Positions 1 to 13,400 of a stretch of 64,000 bases of DNA are shown in pieces; within the stretch, counting starts at the first letter, position 1, and the number at the start of each line of letters is the position of its first letter. The position numbers and the translations under genes were made by a program. Under the pieces are notes generated by a model that searched no databases, had not been told where the DNA came from, and saw nothing but the letters and a program-made list of their open reading frames with translations. Location of the stretch: positions 5,704,001 to 5,768,000 of the forward strand of contig JAYWIR010000002.1 of the NCBI GenBank assembly GCA_036172245.1. Direction: 5' to 3'. The stretch is from Raillietiella orientalis. Taxonomy: Eukaryota.

Positions 1-926
1 GTTGGCACTTTCGCATTCGAGGGGGTTCGCGAAGAGGTTGCTCGCGGTCCTACTGTGAAGAGGCGCGAGGGAGCTCTCCAGGAAGAACAGCGTGGGAGCG
101 GAGCATCCGGATGCCGACTGGATCGGAAGGGGGCAGAAGGAGTTCTCGGCCCGAACTCTGGTAGCCCGGAAATGCCACTCGAGTGCAGGGTCGCACAGGG
201 GCGGAAAAGGGTGCTGCAGGGTGCAACTGCTCGGGAGAGATCTAACCAACGGACCAAACAAAGTCGTCCGGAAAGCTCGGAGCGACCCGATGCGTCCTTT
301 CGCATCGAGAAGAGCGCTGGTGATCACCCCGGAATTGAGCCTGAGGCGGAGATCGCGGCGCGCGCACGTCTCAGGACCAACAGTCCGTCTCGTCGGTCCA
401 GCCTCCTCCCGTTCTTGGACTTGGCACGTCGGTTGGCGGCAGCAATCGATGATTCCGCCAGGACCAGGCAGTTTGCTGATTCCAGCGACGGTCCTGACGG
501 TGGTGGCAGCACGAATGCAGTGCGAAGGAGGCGTTTCGAGGACTCACGTCGATCTGAAGTGGTAAGGACCAGGCAGTAGCGGGATGAAGAGAGTTGGTGC
601 GACGGGGCGTTCCTTGAAGAGCACTACCCTCAAGAAGAGGAGGAGAGAGAGGGGGACGACTCTCTGATAGCGGAAAGGCGCCTGGGGCTGCAAAAGGGAC
701 AGTGGACTCTGGTGCCAGTTAAGAAGATGCGGGTGTTTCGCACTCATCGCGTGTGTGCGCGCCTTCGGGGGTCATCATAGTCAGAAACAGACGCTTGCCC
801 CATCCCCTTCCTCTGCGCCCCAGGGGAACCTCGGCAGACAGTCGAGTCTACTGCTCGGCAGTGCACCGGAAGGGAGGATAGCCCTGGGCGGTGCGACTCG
901 TGCTGACGAGGTCTCTTGTTTTCCAG

Positions 927-3900
927 GCATCCTGACGTTCATAAACTGCTGGAGCACTCGGTGGGCGACCAGGATACAGGACTTCTTCCTGTGGGCAAAG
1001 CTGCTGGCTGTTTCCATCATTATCGTCACCGGGATCGTGCAGCTGTCGAAAGGTGGTATCCTTGATGACGACCCGCGGAGGGCGCCTGACCCCGGGAGAC
1101 CTTCCCACTCGTAGAACAGTTCCCTCGCGATTGCCGGACGTCTCGAAGGCGCCCTACATACGTGACCCTTCGGCCCGTTTCACCTCCGGGACTGGTCCTC
1201 CGGACCTTTGTTCCTCCTCCTCCCCTTTAGCAAGTTGTCAGGAGCTGCACTGCAGCGCGCCCCTTGTCAGGAGCGTTTGAGGGAGGAATCTAACCGTCTG
1301 AAGAGCTGGGACACGCGGGTGACCTCTTGCCGATGCTTCTCCGCACCTGAGGCCATTCCCAAGAGTTCCTCAAATTCTCGTGTTCGCATCTTCCCACATG
1401 GCCCTTCCATAGTTTTCCTCTTCTACCATGTTTGGTCCCCCAAATCCCACGCGGACCAAGTGCAGCATCCTTTTGCTGTGCCCGCCCTGCGCGAAGAGCA
1501 TGCATCCCCGGAGGCGACACTACCGCTTGTCAGACCTAAAGAAAATTACAGGTGCGTGTGTGTGTGGGTCTCTGAGGGATCACAGGGTCGCTTCTGACGG
1601 ACACCCGCTTGTCGCGACCGAGTGACCGCGCCTCCGTGGCCGGTTCGGCGACGACCCCGCGTTCGCAGTGCACCACGTGGCCGCTCCAGCATGACTTCAT
1701 CCGCACCCGACTCCTCTGCGATGTTCCTCCCCTCTCCCCCTTCCTCCTCCCTCATGGAGCCATCCCCACGGAACGCTCGCGTCCGCGTGCTGAGCGCACA
1801 CCGAGGGGAAAGGTCCGCCGGAGAACCGCCGCAGCGGAATCCCTCCGGTGGAACCCCCCACTGCCCGGATTTCCGCGGCGCTGCTTCTGCTGCTGCGCGG
1901 TCCTGCAAGTTTAATTTCTTTCGCAGTTGACGAACGCTGCCCTCCGTTTTGATATTTCGCAGTCGACGAACTCCGCATTCCTATCGGATTTCTTTCGCAG
2001 TGGACGAACACCGTCGGAGAATCCCGTCTCTGTTTTCCATTGCTTTTCCCAGGAGTGCCTTTCCTGATTTGATGCTTTTCCAGGTAGGGTCGAGCACTTC
2101 ACCTTCGAGAACACGGAAACCAGCATAACGAAGATCGCGCTGTCCTTCTATTCGGGGCTGTTCTCCTATTTCGGCTGGTAGGTGGTGTCCACGGCGCTTG
2201 CGCGGCATGCGCGGCCGCTTCGCGCTCTATGACGTCACGTCACCGCGCGCCTCTCGCAAGGGGCGAATGCGTCATTACTACCGATGCCGCCCCCTGGGTG
2301 GTCTCCCGTCCGCGTTCCCTGGGAGCTCGTTTCACGCGGCAGCGACGCATCGCCGCCGCTGCGCAAAACCCTCCTCTCCGCGGCCTCCGGGGGCTGCCGC
2401 GGGCAGCGGCGCTGCTTCCCGATTCTGCTCGGGTGCAGAGAGACGGGAACTCCCCCCGACGCCCGCTCCAGGAGAGAGGGGAGGGGGTCCAGTATCTCTG
2501 CGGTGGTCCTCTTCCCCCCGTGGGGCTGGACCGGGACATCTGATAGACGCTATCGCCCCTCTCCTGCTGCCGGGTCTCCTCCAGACCTCCCCCAGTCTCA
2601 CGGTTTCGCACCTCGGCGTTGTCATGCCCCTTCCGTGCTCGGCAACGCCGCATGCATCTCGGAATTCGCGCGGCTTCCCTCCTCCTGGTTTTTTTTTTGT
2701 CCTGGCGCCTTCCCGTGCCGCTCCTCCCCGTCCCTCCTCCGGCGTCCCCTACGGGCCCTCTGTCGTGCGCTCCGCGGATCGTCTCGGGGTTCCGTATCGG
2801 AGGAACAGAGGATGGTCAGCGACCCCCTCCCCGTGATCAGCTTGTCCTGGTCCACCTCTGACGCCTGGGAGCCGAAGTCCGGACCCCTCGGGTTTGTCTC
2901 CATTGCCCTGCCTACCACGCACTGTGACCAGGCTAGGTGTGGCTCATGAAGGAGGCTACCGGAAGGTCCCTCGCGACCTCCCCCCGCGGGGACGTCGCTT
3001 TCCATGCTATGCCGGCGTGCCAGCGAGGGCGGCAGCATCTCTGAGCGCGCATGCGAGCAGACCGAACGGAGGTCAAGGTCGCTTCGAAAGGTTCTGGCCG
3101 CTCGGTCTGACGGCCCCAGCTTGGGTGCCACGCAAAGGAGGGAGGAGAGGTGAGTTGGCCCAGAAGGAGTTGGCACCTGCGCATCTGCGGCCCCTCCTTT
3201 CGAGCCCCTCCTCCGCAGCGGTCAGAGCCCTATCAGAGCTCCGGGACCAGGGCAGCTTTGCCCAGTAGGGAGCCCTGGAGATCTTCCCCCTTCTCCAGGA
3301 TCTCGAGCAGGGGCGTCCAATGGAATTCTCGAGGCCACGGAAGGTTGGGAGCTAAAGAGACGGAGGGTTCGTGGAGAGAGGCAATGCCCTTCCTTTATGG
3401 CTGACCTGGCGCCCGCTGGCGAGGAAGGGCGAGCTCTGCGCCATCTCTGCCCCAGCGGGCAGTGAAAGACTCCCCCTTCCCCCTCCTCTTCACCCAGCCT
3501 TCGAGGGATGCTCGCGGACGGCTGGAGGCTCGCCTCCTCCTCCTCCTCCTCCCGAGCCGCTGACTTCAGTCGAGACGGACGCGGCCGAGGTCAGCGTGCC
3601 GTCGTCTTTCCTGAAATGTTAGGGGCATTCCGGCAACAGCGGGAGAGTCCGCATTGCGGTCTGGAAGGCGCGAAAGGCGGGGGCTGCGTACCCATCGACG
3701 CTTCCCGCCACCCCAGGAAGGGATGGCGGCAGTTCACACGGGGAGGGCTGTGGAGAGGGAGCTCCATCCCTCAGTCAGCGAGCGCTTCCCAAAGGGCCTC
3801 GATCTACAGAGGTCGACCAGGGTCACTGGGGGCGGATCCCCGCTCCCTGCCCTCACGGTTGCCTGAGGCGTCCTCTCTGCTCCTCGTGGTCTCGCCGCCG

Positions 3901-6900
3901 CAGCTTCCTGTTCATCTCCGCAGCGAAGATTCCTCCGGGTGGATGAGCCGCCTGGGGTGTCAGCCGCTGGCGGATCCCATTGCCCTCCGCATGCGCTGCC
4001 CTGTCTGCTGCGACCCCGAGTCATAAGGGATTTGGGCACTTTCCCCTTGCTGAGGGAGGGCCGGTTCTCGACCCGACGCTTCACTCCCCGAAGAGCTATG
4101 GGATATGCCCTCAGGGGCTTTGCGCAGGTCCGGTCCGACCCGCCGTGCGCGTGAACTCCGGCTCCCCTCCGGTTCCAATGCAGTCCAGTTGGGAAGAAAG
4201 AGGGAGCCTTCCTGGTGCTCCCCTCCCAGACTCTCCTCGGCATCCGCCAGATACTTTTGTCCTGGCGCGCCCGTCGGATGCCGCCGGAGGTCGCGTCCGC
4301 AGAGCCTGGGAGACTAGCCAGGAGTCGCCGCCGCGGTCTCGAGGCTGAAGGGCACGAGTCCCCGGAGAGCAAGGACTCCAGTAGGCGTTTCTGGTGGGCG
4401 TTCCGTCAGGGTCTCGTTCCACCGCGTATCGGCAGATCCACAGATCCATTTCCCGCCCGCCGAGATGCCATCTTCAGCCGGAGGGCGGGAGCCCAGCTCC
4501 CTCTCCCCGACGAAGATGCGTGGTCGTAGGGAGCATGCCCTTGAACTCGGCGGGTCAAGGGAAGGGGGTCGAAGGTGTGAGGATGCATGCGCGGTTCTGC
4601 CTTCCTCCTCCCGGGAAGCTGAGCGCCCCCGGCAGCCGCGCTGCCGTCGCTACGCGCACAGGTTTGTGGTCCCGGGGGCGCATGGGGCAGTTGGGAACAG
4701 CCCTTACCATCCTCTCCTCCTCCCAGGCACATGCTGAACTTCATCACGGGGGAGCTGAAGCATCCGGTGCGGTGAGTGGTGCGTCGACCCGCTCCCCGAA
4801 GGGGGGCTGCTGCTTTGTTTTCACAGGGACCTGCCCCGGGCCATAGGCATTTCGTGCGTCATAGTGACCATAGTCTACGTGATGACCAACGTTGCGTTCT
4901 TCACCATCCTCAGTCCAACGGAGATGCTGTCCTCCGCAGCCGTGGCAGAGGTTTGCAGCGCGCATGCCGCCAGCTCCTTCTCGAAGGCCTTTTCCTTGCC
5001 AGTCCTTCGGCAAGAAGGTGTACGGGGTGATGAGCTGGATCATCCCGGTATTCGTGGCCATGTCAACGTTCGGCACCATCAATGGGATCCTAATGACGTC
5101 CTCGAGGTAGTCGACCCGCGCTGTCGCCCCCTCATGGCAGCGGCGGATGCGCGCCTGCAGGGAGCGCACCGCCGCTGCCGTTCGAACCTCCGCGAGCGCC
5201 GTCCCGCGAGCCGCCCCAAGGCGAACCTCTTCGGCGGTAGGGGGGCCGCCCCCTCAGATGCCCACTGTTATACCGGAGGAAAGGGAGGAAAATCCCTTTT
5301 CTCGGGATTTTCGGACTCCCGGCTCCCGTAAGTCTCGCGACTCGACCCCGCGCCCTCGCCTCGGGGCGTGCTGTCCCTGTCCTGCCTCCCCCATGTTGTG
5401 CCGTGTTGCAGCGTGCAGCAGGAGCGCATCGAGAGGGAATCCCCGGGGATGCGCTGGTCGAGACAGCCACGGGTGGCTCCGGAGGAAGGCGCGGAATCAT
5501 CCCTCCCGTACCCTGTCCTGCTGAGATCCCTGGGGGGTCTCTTCGAGAGATCCCCGCGTTCGGGCCCGTCTTCCGGCTACAGTCTCCCCGCAGCGCTCCG
5601 GGCTCACTAGGAGAGCAACCCTGGGTGTTACTTGGGAGCTCGCGGAACGAGGGCCAAGTCCGGCGCGCCACTTTTCTTTTCCGGGAAGTCCACCCGGCAG
5701 TCCGTCACGAGGGGAGGCCCGCGAATGGTTGAAGGGCGTTAAGCCCAGTGGAGGTTCGTGGGGTAGGTTGCGGAGGCACTGTGCACAGTGGGCAACTGCG
5801 TGGCTGCGAGCTGCGCGCGTGACACGAAGCGCTGCTGGTTCGAATCCCGCCTGAGGAAGCCTCAAAGTCGGGAAATGAGTGCGTCGTGAGTTTTCGATCC
5901 CTTCTGCAGGATGACGCTGGTTGGCCTCGGCTGGCTTCGGGTGGGACACTGGGGGAATCCGGAAAGCCCTGGATGCCCCCCACACTGGCCTCCGGGACTA
6001 GAAGTCGACCCTTTGGAGTCCTTTCAGGAATCAAGGAGTCGCTTCCCTTCGCTTGCGAAAAGGGAGCCCCGCACCATAGGACTGGTCGATACCCCCCTAG
6101 GGGGAGTCGTCTCTCCAGAGTGTCAGAAGCGCGGTATTCCCTTCAGGGAAGCGTCCTTCAGAGAAATTGAGAAGCGACCCTTCGGGGTTCTCTTCAGAGG
6201 AGGAGAGCAGAGGAAACAGAGAGCAAATTCTTCTCGGGTTCCCTTCGGAGAAGAAAGGAGTAGAGACCCACACAAGCCAGAAGGTCTCTGCGGATAAAGT
6301 GTGGGAGAGGTGATTCCCTTCGAGGTTCAGAGTCCCTTCGAGACTCTCCCAAGCCTGAGCGGAACGGACTCCTTCCTCAAGAGCCCCTTCCTGAATTCGT
6401 AAGACATTCCCCCCGGACTGCCCCCTAATTTAAAGAGCAGCATTCCCCTGCCTCGCTGCCCCCCTGAGAAACGTAGGGGCGGGGCGGAGCGGGGCAAGAA
6501 AGTCCCCTCGAGAGACCACAACCTCGTGTACACTTCGCCTCGTTTCCTTGAGGTCATTCGTTTGCATTGCCAGAAGCAGCAGCGACCTCAAGGACTCACC
6601 GCCTCGTTTTCCGCGGAATCGCGGGAGGCGGAACTTGCCCTGAAGAAACGAACTTTCCTTGTTTGCTTCCGGCGGTCGGTCCTTCCCTGCTGGATGGCGG
6701 CCAGGAGCTACGGCCGGGTGCGTCGGTGAAGCACCGCAGGCGATCCGTCTAGCTGGAGAATAGCCGAAGACCCGAAGATGAGGTGACGACGTGGAAATCG
6801 GCAAACCCCACGATGTTCAAACAACGCCACTGTGATGCGGCGAAGACACGGAGATGATCCGATACCATGATGAGCAAGCGAAATGATCATGAGCCGACGT

Positions 6901-9715
6901 CCTGCTTTCCTGACCAATACAACGCTGCTGCTTCGTCCGAGTCGGCGCTTTGCCGTGCCTCAATTCGGCGGCCACGGATCGTGGCCGGCGCTGTCTTCTG
7001 ATGGTGTCCTGGAGGATGCCGAAGGCCATCCTGCCAGAAGATGAGCTGATCATGGTGCCATGGTGGAACGGCGCGGCTGTTGCGTTTTGGACTCAAGAAG
7101 GGGGGCGCTGTCGGCTGGTCAGAGCGCGACGTAAGGATCTTGTGGCACTCCCGGAAAAAGAGCGAGAGTCTCAGACGGAATCCAGCCGCCTTACCCTCAC
7201 GCAGTCGCAGAGAGCCAGCAGCCCCTGTCACCGACGGACGCGATACGCGAGGCTGCATGCGGTTTTCCTCCTCCCTGGGAGAGGAGGAAATTTCCAAAGG
7301 CTTGAATTGACTGCGGTAGCCTTCCTGCTTCCTTGCTGTCGGATGACCTCTGGGGAGCTCTCTGGGCTTCTGTTTTCCTGCTGGGACCGTGGGCAGCTGC
7401 AGTTGAATCCGTCCTTCCTTGGAGTCATTCCTCGAAAGAGCGCTCAGGAGACCCGCGCGTTAGGTGCTTGGCAGCTTCAGCCTTCTCTCCCCCTCTCCCT
7501 CCCCTTTTAGGCTTGCGTCTTCCGCTTAAGTCCAGCTTCTCTGCAAGAAAGCAAAACTTTTGCTCGCAGACTGCGCGTGTTCTTTAAGATGCCGTGGCTG
7601 CCCGGCGATGGACTTCTTTCAAGACTCTGCGCCCTTGCCCGCCTGGACTGCTACAGGGGCCGATTCTGTCTCCTTCCCGTCCAGGAGCACTCGTTCGTCG
7701 TTTCCAGATGGGCTCCGGCATGGCGTTCTGCGGTGCGCATGAAGCGGGGCATGCGAGGCCATTGAATTGACCTCCATGCGCGGCGGTACGAGCGTTCATG
7801 GGGCGGTGTTGGGGCTCACTGGGCCCAGTAGAGTGGAAGCCCCAGGTCCTTCTCTTCGCTAGGCGGCAGGAGGGAAGATCGGATTCCCGTGGAGGGTGCG
7901 CGCTGGCTGCGTTGCGAAGGAAACCGCCCAGCCCCCTCTCTGGAGCTGTCGCCTTCGAGTTGGAGCATTAGCGCGAGGATCCGTCAAGGTCTGCCTGCAC
8001 GTCTCGAAGGGAGTGAGGACACGATATCCGGACAGGGGGGGGCGCGGCGAAAGAATAAGGTGCATTGGGGGCAGCAGTTTGCTTGGATTTTTTTCTCTCC
8101 TGCCTCTGGGTATTCTGGGTCGCCATCCACGCGTTTTCGAATCCAGGTTTTCCAATCCGCGACCTTGGCAGGGATGAAGCAGCCGCAGCGTGTGAATGCA
8201 CTCCGGGAGGTCGGGCGGTTTCTCGAGTGCACGGAATTCCCGGAAGACGCGCTTGCGGAGGTCGCTTTGCTTGAATTCCGCCCATCTTCCCCTCCCGCTG
8301 GCCAGCGGGACGTAAACAAGGGCGCGTCGGCGGAAACAGAAATGTTCGTGAGCGCTCTTCTGGCAGCTCCAAAGAACCCGGAGTGCCGCTGACGGTGCGG
8401 AGCTGCCGGGACGTGACATGGAAGTCCTACTGCCCGATGACCCAACCCTGCTGCTTTCCCGGCATCGCGGTCCACGGAGCACTGGAACGCGTTCCTCCCA
8501 CATGCACTGGGACGGGCGACGCTCGGCACGCCGGGTTTCGGGCCGCCATTCCCACCCACTCTCCGAAGGGAAGCGAAACCCTCCCTCGCTTTCCTCTGAG
8601 CCGGAAAACAGTTCCTTTGCCGCGGATGGAAATCTTGGATGAAAATCCTGCGTTTCGTGGACTCCTCATCCCCACGCACCTTCATCCCTGCCTCCAGGAG
8701 ATTGTCCGTGAGCGCGGCGCCTCCCCTGTTGGAGCAGGGTTGAGTTCCTACGGAGCCTTCCACTTGGCTGTGGACGCAGATTTCCAAAGACGGGCAAATC
8801 GCAACGTTGGCATGCTGACCCCGATACCAGCAACGCCCCCATAAGAACTGGCACGCGTTGACAAATGGAATCTTGGGATGAGGGTTGCAGACCTTTCTCC
8901 GGGACTTTGGGCGCTTTCGAGCTCTCGCGCGACGCAACGCAGGTCGTCCCCTCGAAACTCCGAAAGTCGGCCTTCGGGAGAAACCTGGAAGTTCTGCTGC
9001 TCCTCGAGGAGGCTTGAAGGTGCATCTTCTTCCTGTGCCCCTGGAGAGCACGAGGGCGGCAGGGGAGGCGGCAATGGCCGCAGAGGAAAAGAAGGGGAGT
9101 GTCGCGAAATGCCGTCCGCGACCTCGGCAGGGAAGAGGCAGCCTCAGCGTGTGGAAGTCCTCGCATAGCCTTCCTCGCTGATGGACCCGCTGCTTTCAGA
9201 CTGTTTTTTGCCGGCGCCCTCGAGAACCACATGCCGGAGCTGTTCGCGATGGTACAGGCGAAGCAGTCGACCCCGGTGCCTGCAATCATACTGACGGTGA
9301 GTAGCTCCCGCTGAACGCGAGCACGGCTGCCGCTCAGACGCTCATCTCCTTCGTGTACCTCTCGACGCCGGACGTGTTCAAACTCATCAACTACCTCGGC
9401 TTCTCCATCTGGACCAGCCTGGGAGCTGGCGTGCTGTGCTTGCCTGTCCTCAGGAGAACCCACCCGGAGATGCCCAGACCCATCAAGATCAGCCTGTTCT
9501 TTCCCGCCGCCTACTTGGTAGCCACGGTCTTCCTCATCGTCTTTCCGGCGATCGACGATCCAGTTGAAGCCGGTGAGCTGCCCTGGAGACGGGATCCGAG
9601 CCTACCTTCAGCCTTTTTCCAGGGAAAGGGATAATCCCCATCGTGAGTGGGGTGCCGGTATATTTCATGTTCGTCTCGTGGAGCAAGAAGCCCAAGTTCT
9701 TCGCCAGCGCGGTGG
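927..9715 (+). CDS. L-type amino-acid transporter light chain (SLC7/LAT, APC superfamily), partial spliced CDS; 5' exons lie before the window or were not found, last exon not identified
   Basis: GT-AG-bounded exons join in phase: 927-1052 ([25 protein letters not shown]), 2084-2177 ([15 protein letters not shown]), 4727-4771 ([15 protein letters not shown]), 4827-4950 ([24 protein letters not shown]), 5003-5106 ([24 protein letters not shown]), 9200-9296 ([18 protein letters not shown]), 9338-9572 (LINYLGF..MPRPIK), 9623-9715 (SGVPVYF..KKPK). These motifs are characteristic of LAT1/y+LAT-type transporters. Confidence 0.93.
1919..2009 (+). repeat. Three spaced copies of a 17-bp motif TTTCGCAGTNGACGAAC
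   Basis: Copies at 1919-1935, 1955-1971 and 1993-2009 (period 36 and 38 bp) with dissimilar spacers. Confidence 0.8.
5790..6330 (+). mobile_element. tRNA-headed SINE-like repeat, copy 1 (in SLC7 intron)
   Basis: B-box GGTTCGAATCC at 5837-5847; body blocks GAAGTCGACC, GAATCAAGGAG, CCCTTCGGGGTTCTCTTCAGAG and GGTTCCCTTCGGAGAAGAAA are shared, exactly or near-exactly, with 44495-45155. Confidence 0.7.
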
Positions 9716-10159
9716 GTGAGTGACCGAGAGCGCAGCCTGCGAGGTCAGCGTGCAGCGGGATCTCCGGAGACCGTTCCCGCGAGGGGGTGATTTCCCGACC
9801 CGTTGTTTTCCGGTCACCTCGGTTGGGGGGGGGGGGGGGGAGGGGAGTCAGTTGAGTCTTGCGACGAGCCCCGTAAGAAACGGCAGGCGACGCGCGCTCC
9901 TCTTTCCTCCGCGGGGTTCAACGTGAAGATCCGAAGCGGCCGGTTTGGCGGATCAGATGACGCTGAAGAGGAAGAGGTGCACGGAGTGATCGGCCTCCCT
10001 TTTTCTTTGGTGGTGCCGAAGAGTTTCCTTCCTTTTTTCCCTCCTCCTTCTTTCCCTCCTCCAATTTTTTCACCTTTTTCCATGGTCTCACAGCCACTTC
10101 TTGGTACCTTCTCACCTCTGAGGAAATTCCCAAATGGATTTGCTATTTGCTATTTGCTG

Positions 10160-10412
10160 TTGTCATTAGTAATAGTGGAAGTAGTACTAGTATCATTAGT
10201 ATTAGTACTTCTAGTATTCATATTGTTGCCATCAGTCTTATTGTTAGTAATAGTGGTAGTATTGGAGGTAGTAGTAGTTGTAATAGTATTGGTGATATTA
10301 GCAGTAGTAGTAGCATTATTAATATCAGTGCTGTTAGTATTAGTGCTATTATTATTATTGTTAGCGGTGGTGATGCAGTATTTGTATCATAATCATGATT
10401 AGTATTAGTAGT
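10160..10412. repeat. Degenerate (TAG/TAT/TGG)n trinucleotide low-complexity tract
   Basis: Long run of tagtagtattagta..; gives the poly-Val/Leu/Ile and poly-Ser pseudo-ORFs. Confidence 0.9.
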
Positions 10413-13400
10413 AAGCAGAGGAAGTTACGACAAAGGTCTTAACTTTGGTTGCTTGGAGGCAGTGGTCTTTCCTCGTATGAGAGGCGGGTCTTTGCACGTT
10501 TTCGTTCCCTTCACGTCCAAAAGATGTGCGCGGTGCATTGCAGATTGGATGGCGCGCTCGCGACGGCGCGGTCCGAAGTTCCGAGGTCCCGTCCTCTTCC
10601 GTCGCGAGAACGAGATTTTTGCTCCTAGCCTCAGGCACCTCCCGCATAATCCGGAGGGAAGTTGATCCTTCTGGCCATCTTCTGCGAAAGGGAGGCCAAC
10701 AGCCCTCCTCTGAAGTGCCTGACGATTCCTCAGGAGGCGCGAAATGCCGGTCGCCGAGTGCACGCCAGGCGAGCAGCTCCAGACTGCAGACGCAGGTGCA
10801 CTAGAGGAAAGCTCTTCGGAGCTCGTGAGCCTCTTTTTCCCGGCACATCCCCTCGCAGTAGAGGAAGGAGTTTTTCCGGACCTTCGCCATCGTAGGAACC
10901 ACTCCTCAGTCCCTTGACGGCGCAGCTGTAAAACCGGGCAAGCGAGGCCTGTGGTTGGACAGGAGCTCACTGCCAACTGCCAGCGCCATGGTCGCTCAGT
11001 GGCGTCCCGGTGCGATTCCTTTTCGGCGACCCTCTACGAGGACTCGGATATTCAGCTCGCAGCCGACCTGTGCCTCCTCCTCCTCCGCCTCAGCTCTCTC
11101 TCTTCCATCCTCTTCCCTGAATCTGTGCCTCCTCACTAGCTGCAACGAACGGGCCCTTTGCACCGCGTGCGGGGAACGCTGCGTCTCGGAAATGCGACCC
11201 AAGTGACCTCTGGGCCTGCGGGAAGAGACGGTTTGCCGGAAAAGCAGCTGTGGGTTCGCCGAGTGGTCTGCCCGCCTTCCTCCTGCTGCAGGCTGGAGCA
11301 ACGTGCTGAAGAGTGTGAGAATTGCTGCTTTACTTTTTCTTTTTGATTCTTATTCTACTCTGACTTTTCTGGGAGATCATTTCGATGCTCAGGTCATTTG
11401 CTCTCCTCTTGCGCATGCTCTTCTCTTCCCTTAGAAGAACCGGTTTTTTACGAGCTCTCGTGTCCTTCTGCAGCGAGGAACGTGGAAACTCTTCATACCG
11501 CGAGGAGGCGTTCTTGAGGAAGGAGGTCTGGCCTCCTTCTAGCCTAGTTCCCGGAGGATTCACTGGAGCTCATGGGATGAGACCGAGATGCACTAGCGTG
11601 GTTGACGAGGGAGTTGGCGTGCCTTCTTTCTCTTTCAAGATGGCACTCTTTCGCAGGCACGTCGCAGCCGGCTGAAATGTCGGCGATGTTGAGAAAGCAG
11701 TGCTGCCATGCGGCGGCTGAATATTAGGAATCAAACGAACATTAGGGACACAGCAATGGAATATTAGGATTGACGGACGTGGTCTGGTGGAGTGGACAGT
11801 CAGTCACTTTGTATGGTATTTCATGGTTTCATGTAGGAAAACAAACCAAAATGGCGATCTTCCACTTCCCTTTCCTGCACCGGTGCCTCGCTGTCTCTCG
11901 TCGTCTCCTCTCCATGTTCTTCCTCAGGGGAGGCACTCTCAGTCTGGCTGCTCGAACACGATGGGGGAGTCCACGGGGGTGAGTGAAGGGAAGAAGAAGC
12001 GTCCGTTGCTCGCCCGGCGACGGGACCTCGTTGGTCAGTGCCGCTCGGACTACCGCCTGCGGTCACGCCTGTGTCTCCTCCTCCTCCGTCTCAACTCACT
12101 TTCTTCTTCCACCCTCTTCTTCCCCGTGTCTGTACCTTTTATTCCGGCCTGATAACCTTCCTCTCTCGCTGCCTAAACGTCCGAGAGATCACGCACCGAG
12201 GTCAATGGCTGCAGGAATGGCTGCCGCCTGTCTTCCTCTGCGCCCCCTTCGTCGCTAACGCAGCAATGGTCACCCCAGCGCCTAGGGGGCCCTCTGTCCG
12301 CCGCCTCGAGGGAAGGTCCTTCCTCAGAGACTTAGAGCTCTTCGTCTCTGCGGGAAGCTCCAGCGCCGCTCTTCACGTAGGGGATTCATCACGAATCCCG
12401 CAGCGTCTCCTTGACGGGAAGGAAGAGGAGTGGTAGGAGTGCCGATTGGAGCGCTGCCCTTGCCGCTAAAACGGAGAGAGCGTCCTCGGCTCTTCCCTCT
12501 CTCCCCGAAAGTTGGCTTGCCGGTTCCGGGAGGAGGTCGGCAGTCTTTCCAGAAGTCTGCAACCTTCCGAGAGGGGAAGAGCGAGGTCATTGGGAGGGAC
12601 CTGCACCGCCACTCCTGGGCCGCCTGCGCCGGTCCTTCGATCCCGCGGTGTTGACAACCAAATTCTCACAAGGTTCTGTTGTTTCCTTCCTCCGTAGCCA
12701 AGGCAACAGAGTTCGTCCAGAAGCTCTTCCTCGTCCTGCCGTCGGAGAAAGAGGCGTGAAGAGGAGAGCAGAAGGGTAAGGCGCATCGGACAATCTTCGC
12801 CTCCTTCGCGCTGTCCCGAAGAGGTTAGATGAATAAACGAGAGGTCATTTCCGTTGTTGGGACTACGAGGTTCTTCCGTGCCTTGAAGGGCGAAAGAAAC
12901 AGCTCGAACTGGAAGGAGGTGGGTGGGAAAAGGGTAAAACCGCCGCGTATGCTCGGGGTTTGCGGCCAGAGCTGTTCTCGGAAACGCTCCAAGTAGCATT
13001 CTGACCCTTCTTAACTCCCCTACTCTTCTTCCTCCCTTCCTCCTCTTCCTCTCTTTTACCACTCCCTCCCTCTCCTTTCCTCTTCTTTCTCTCCTCTTCC
13101 TCCTCCTTCATGGTTACGCGGTTCGATCGCGCCTCCACGGAAGCGAATCTGCACCCGGGATACTGCTTGGGTGACGTGAAGTCACAGGAGTCGACGAGTC
13201 CCTTCCTGTGCCGCTGTGATGCGGGCTCTCCAGCTGCTTCCTTGCCGAGGCGTGGCAAGGCGCTTTCGTTGCCGAAGATGGCTCGCTAGCTGCGGCTGAT
13301 GGCAGTCTCAGTCCGTTCGCCGAGGTCGGAATGGAAGGCTCTGGCCGATGCTTCTGCACCAGGGGACCGGACTCCAGGCAAGGTGGCGACTCCAGACTCC

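Noticed and set aside
1919..2009. CRISPR array
   Set aside because: Only three 17-bp units, inside a eukaryotic intron, with no cas genes.
7984..9051. Long overlapping ORFs in GC-rich regions (also 37330-39325)
   Set aside because: No recognisable domains; they are expected from stop-codon scarcity at high GC.
9803..10402. 199-aa hydrophobic membrane-protein ORF
   Set aside because: Translation of a TAG/TAT microsatellite tract.
10951..12152. Final SLC7 exon candidates
   Set aside because: No phase-1 exon with LAT-like C-terminal sequence was found; 11065-11130 and 12065-12135 are a short local duplication instead.
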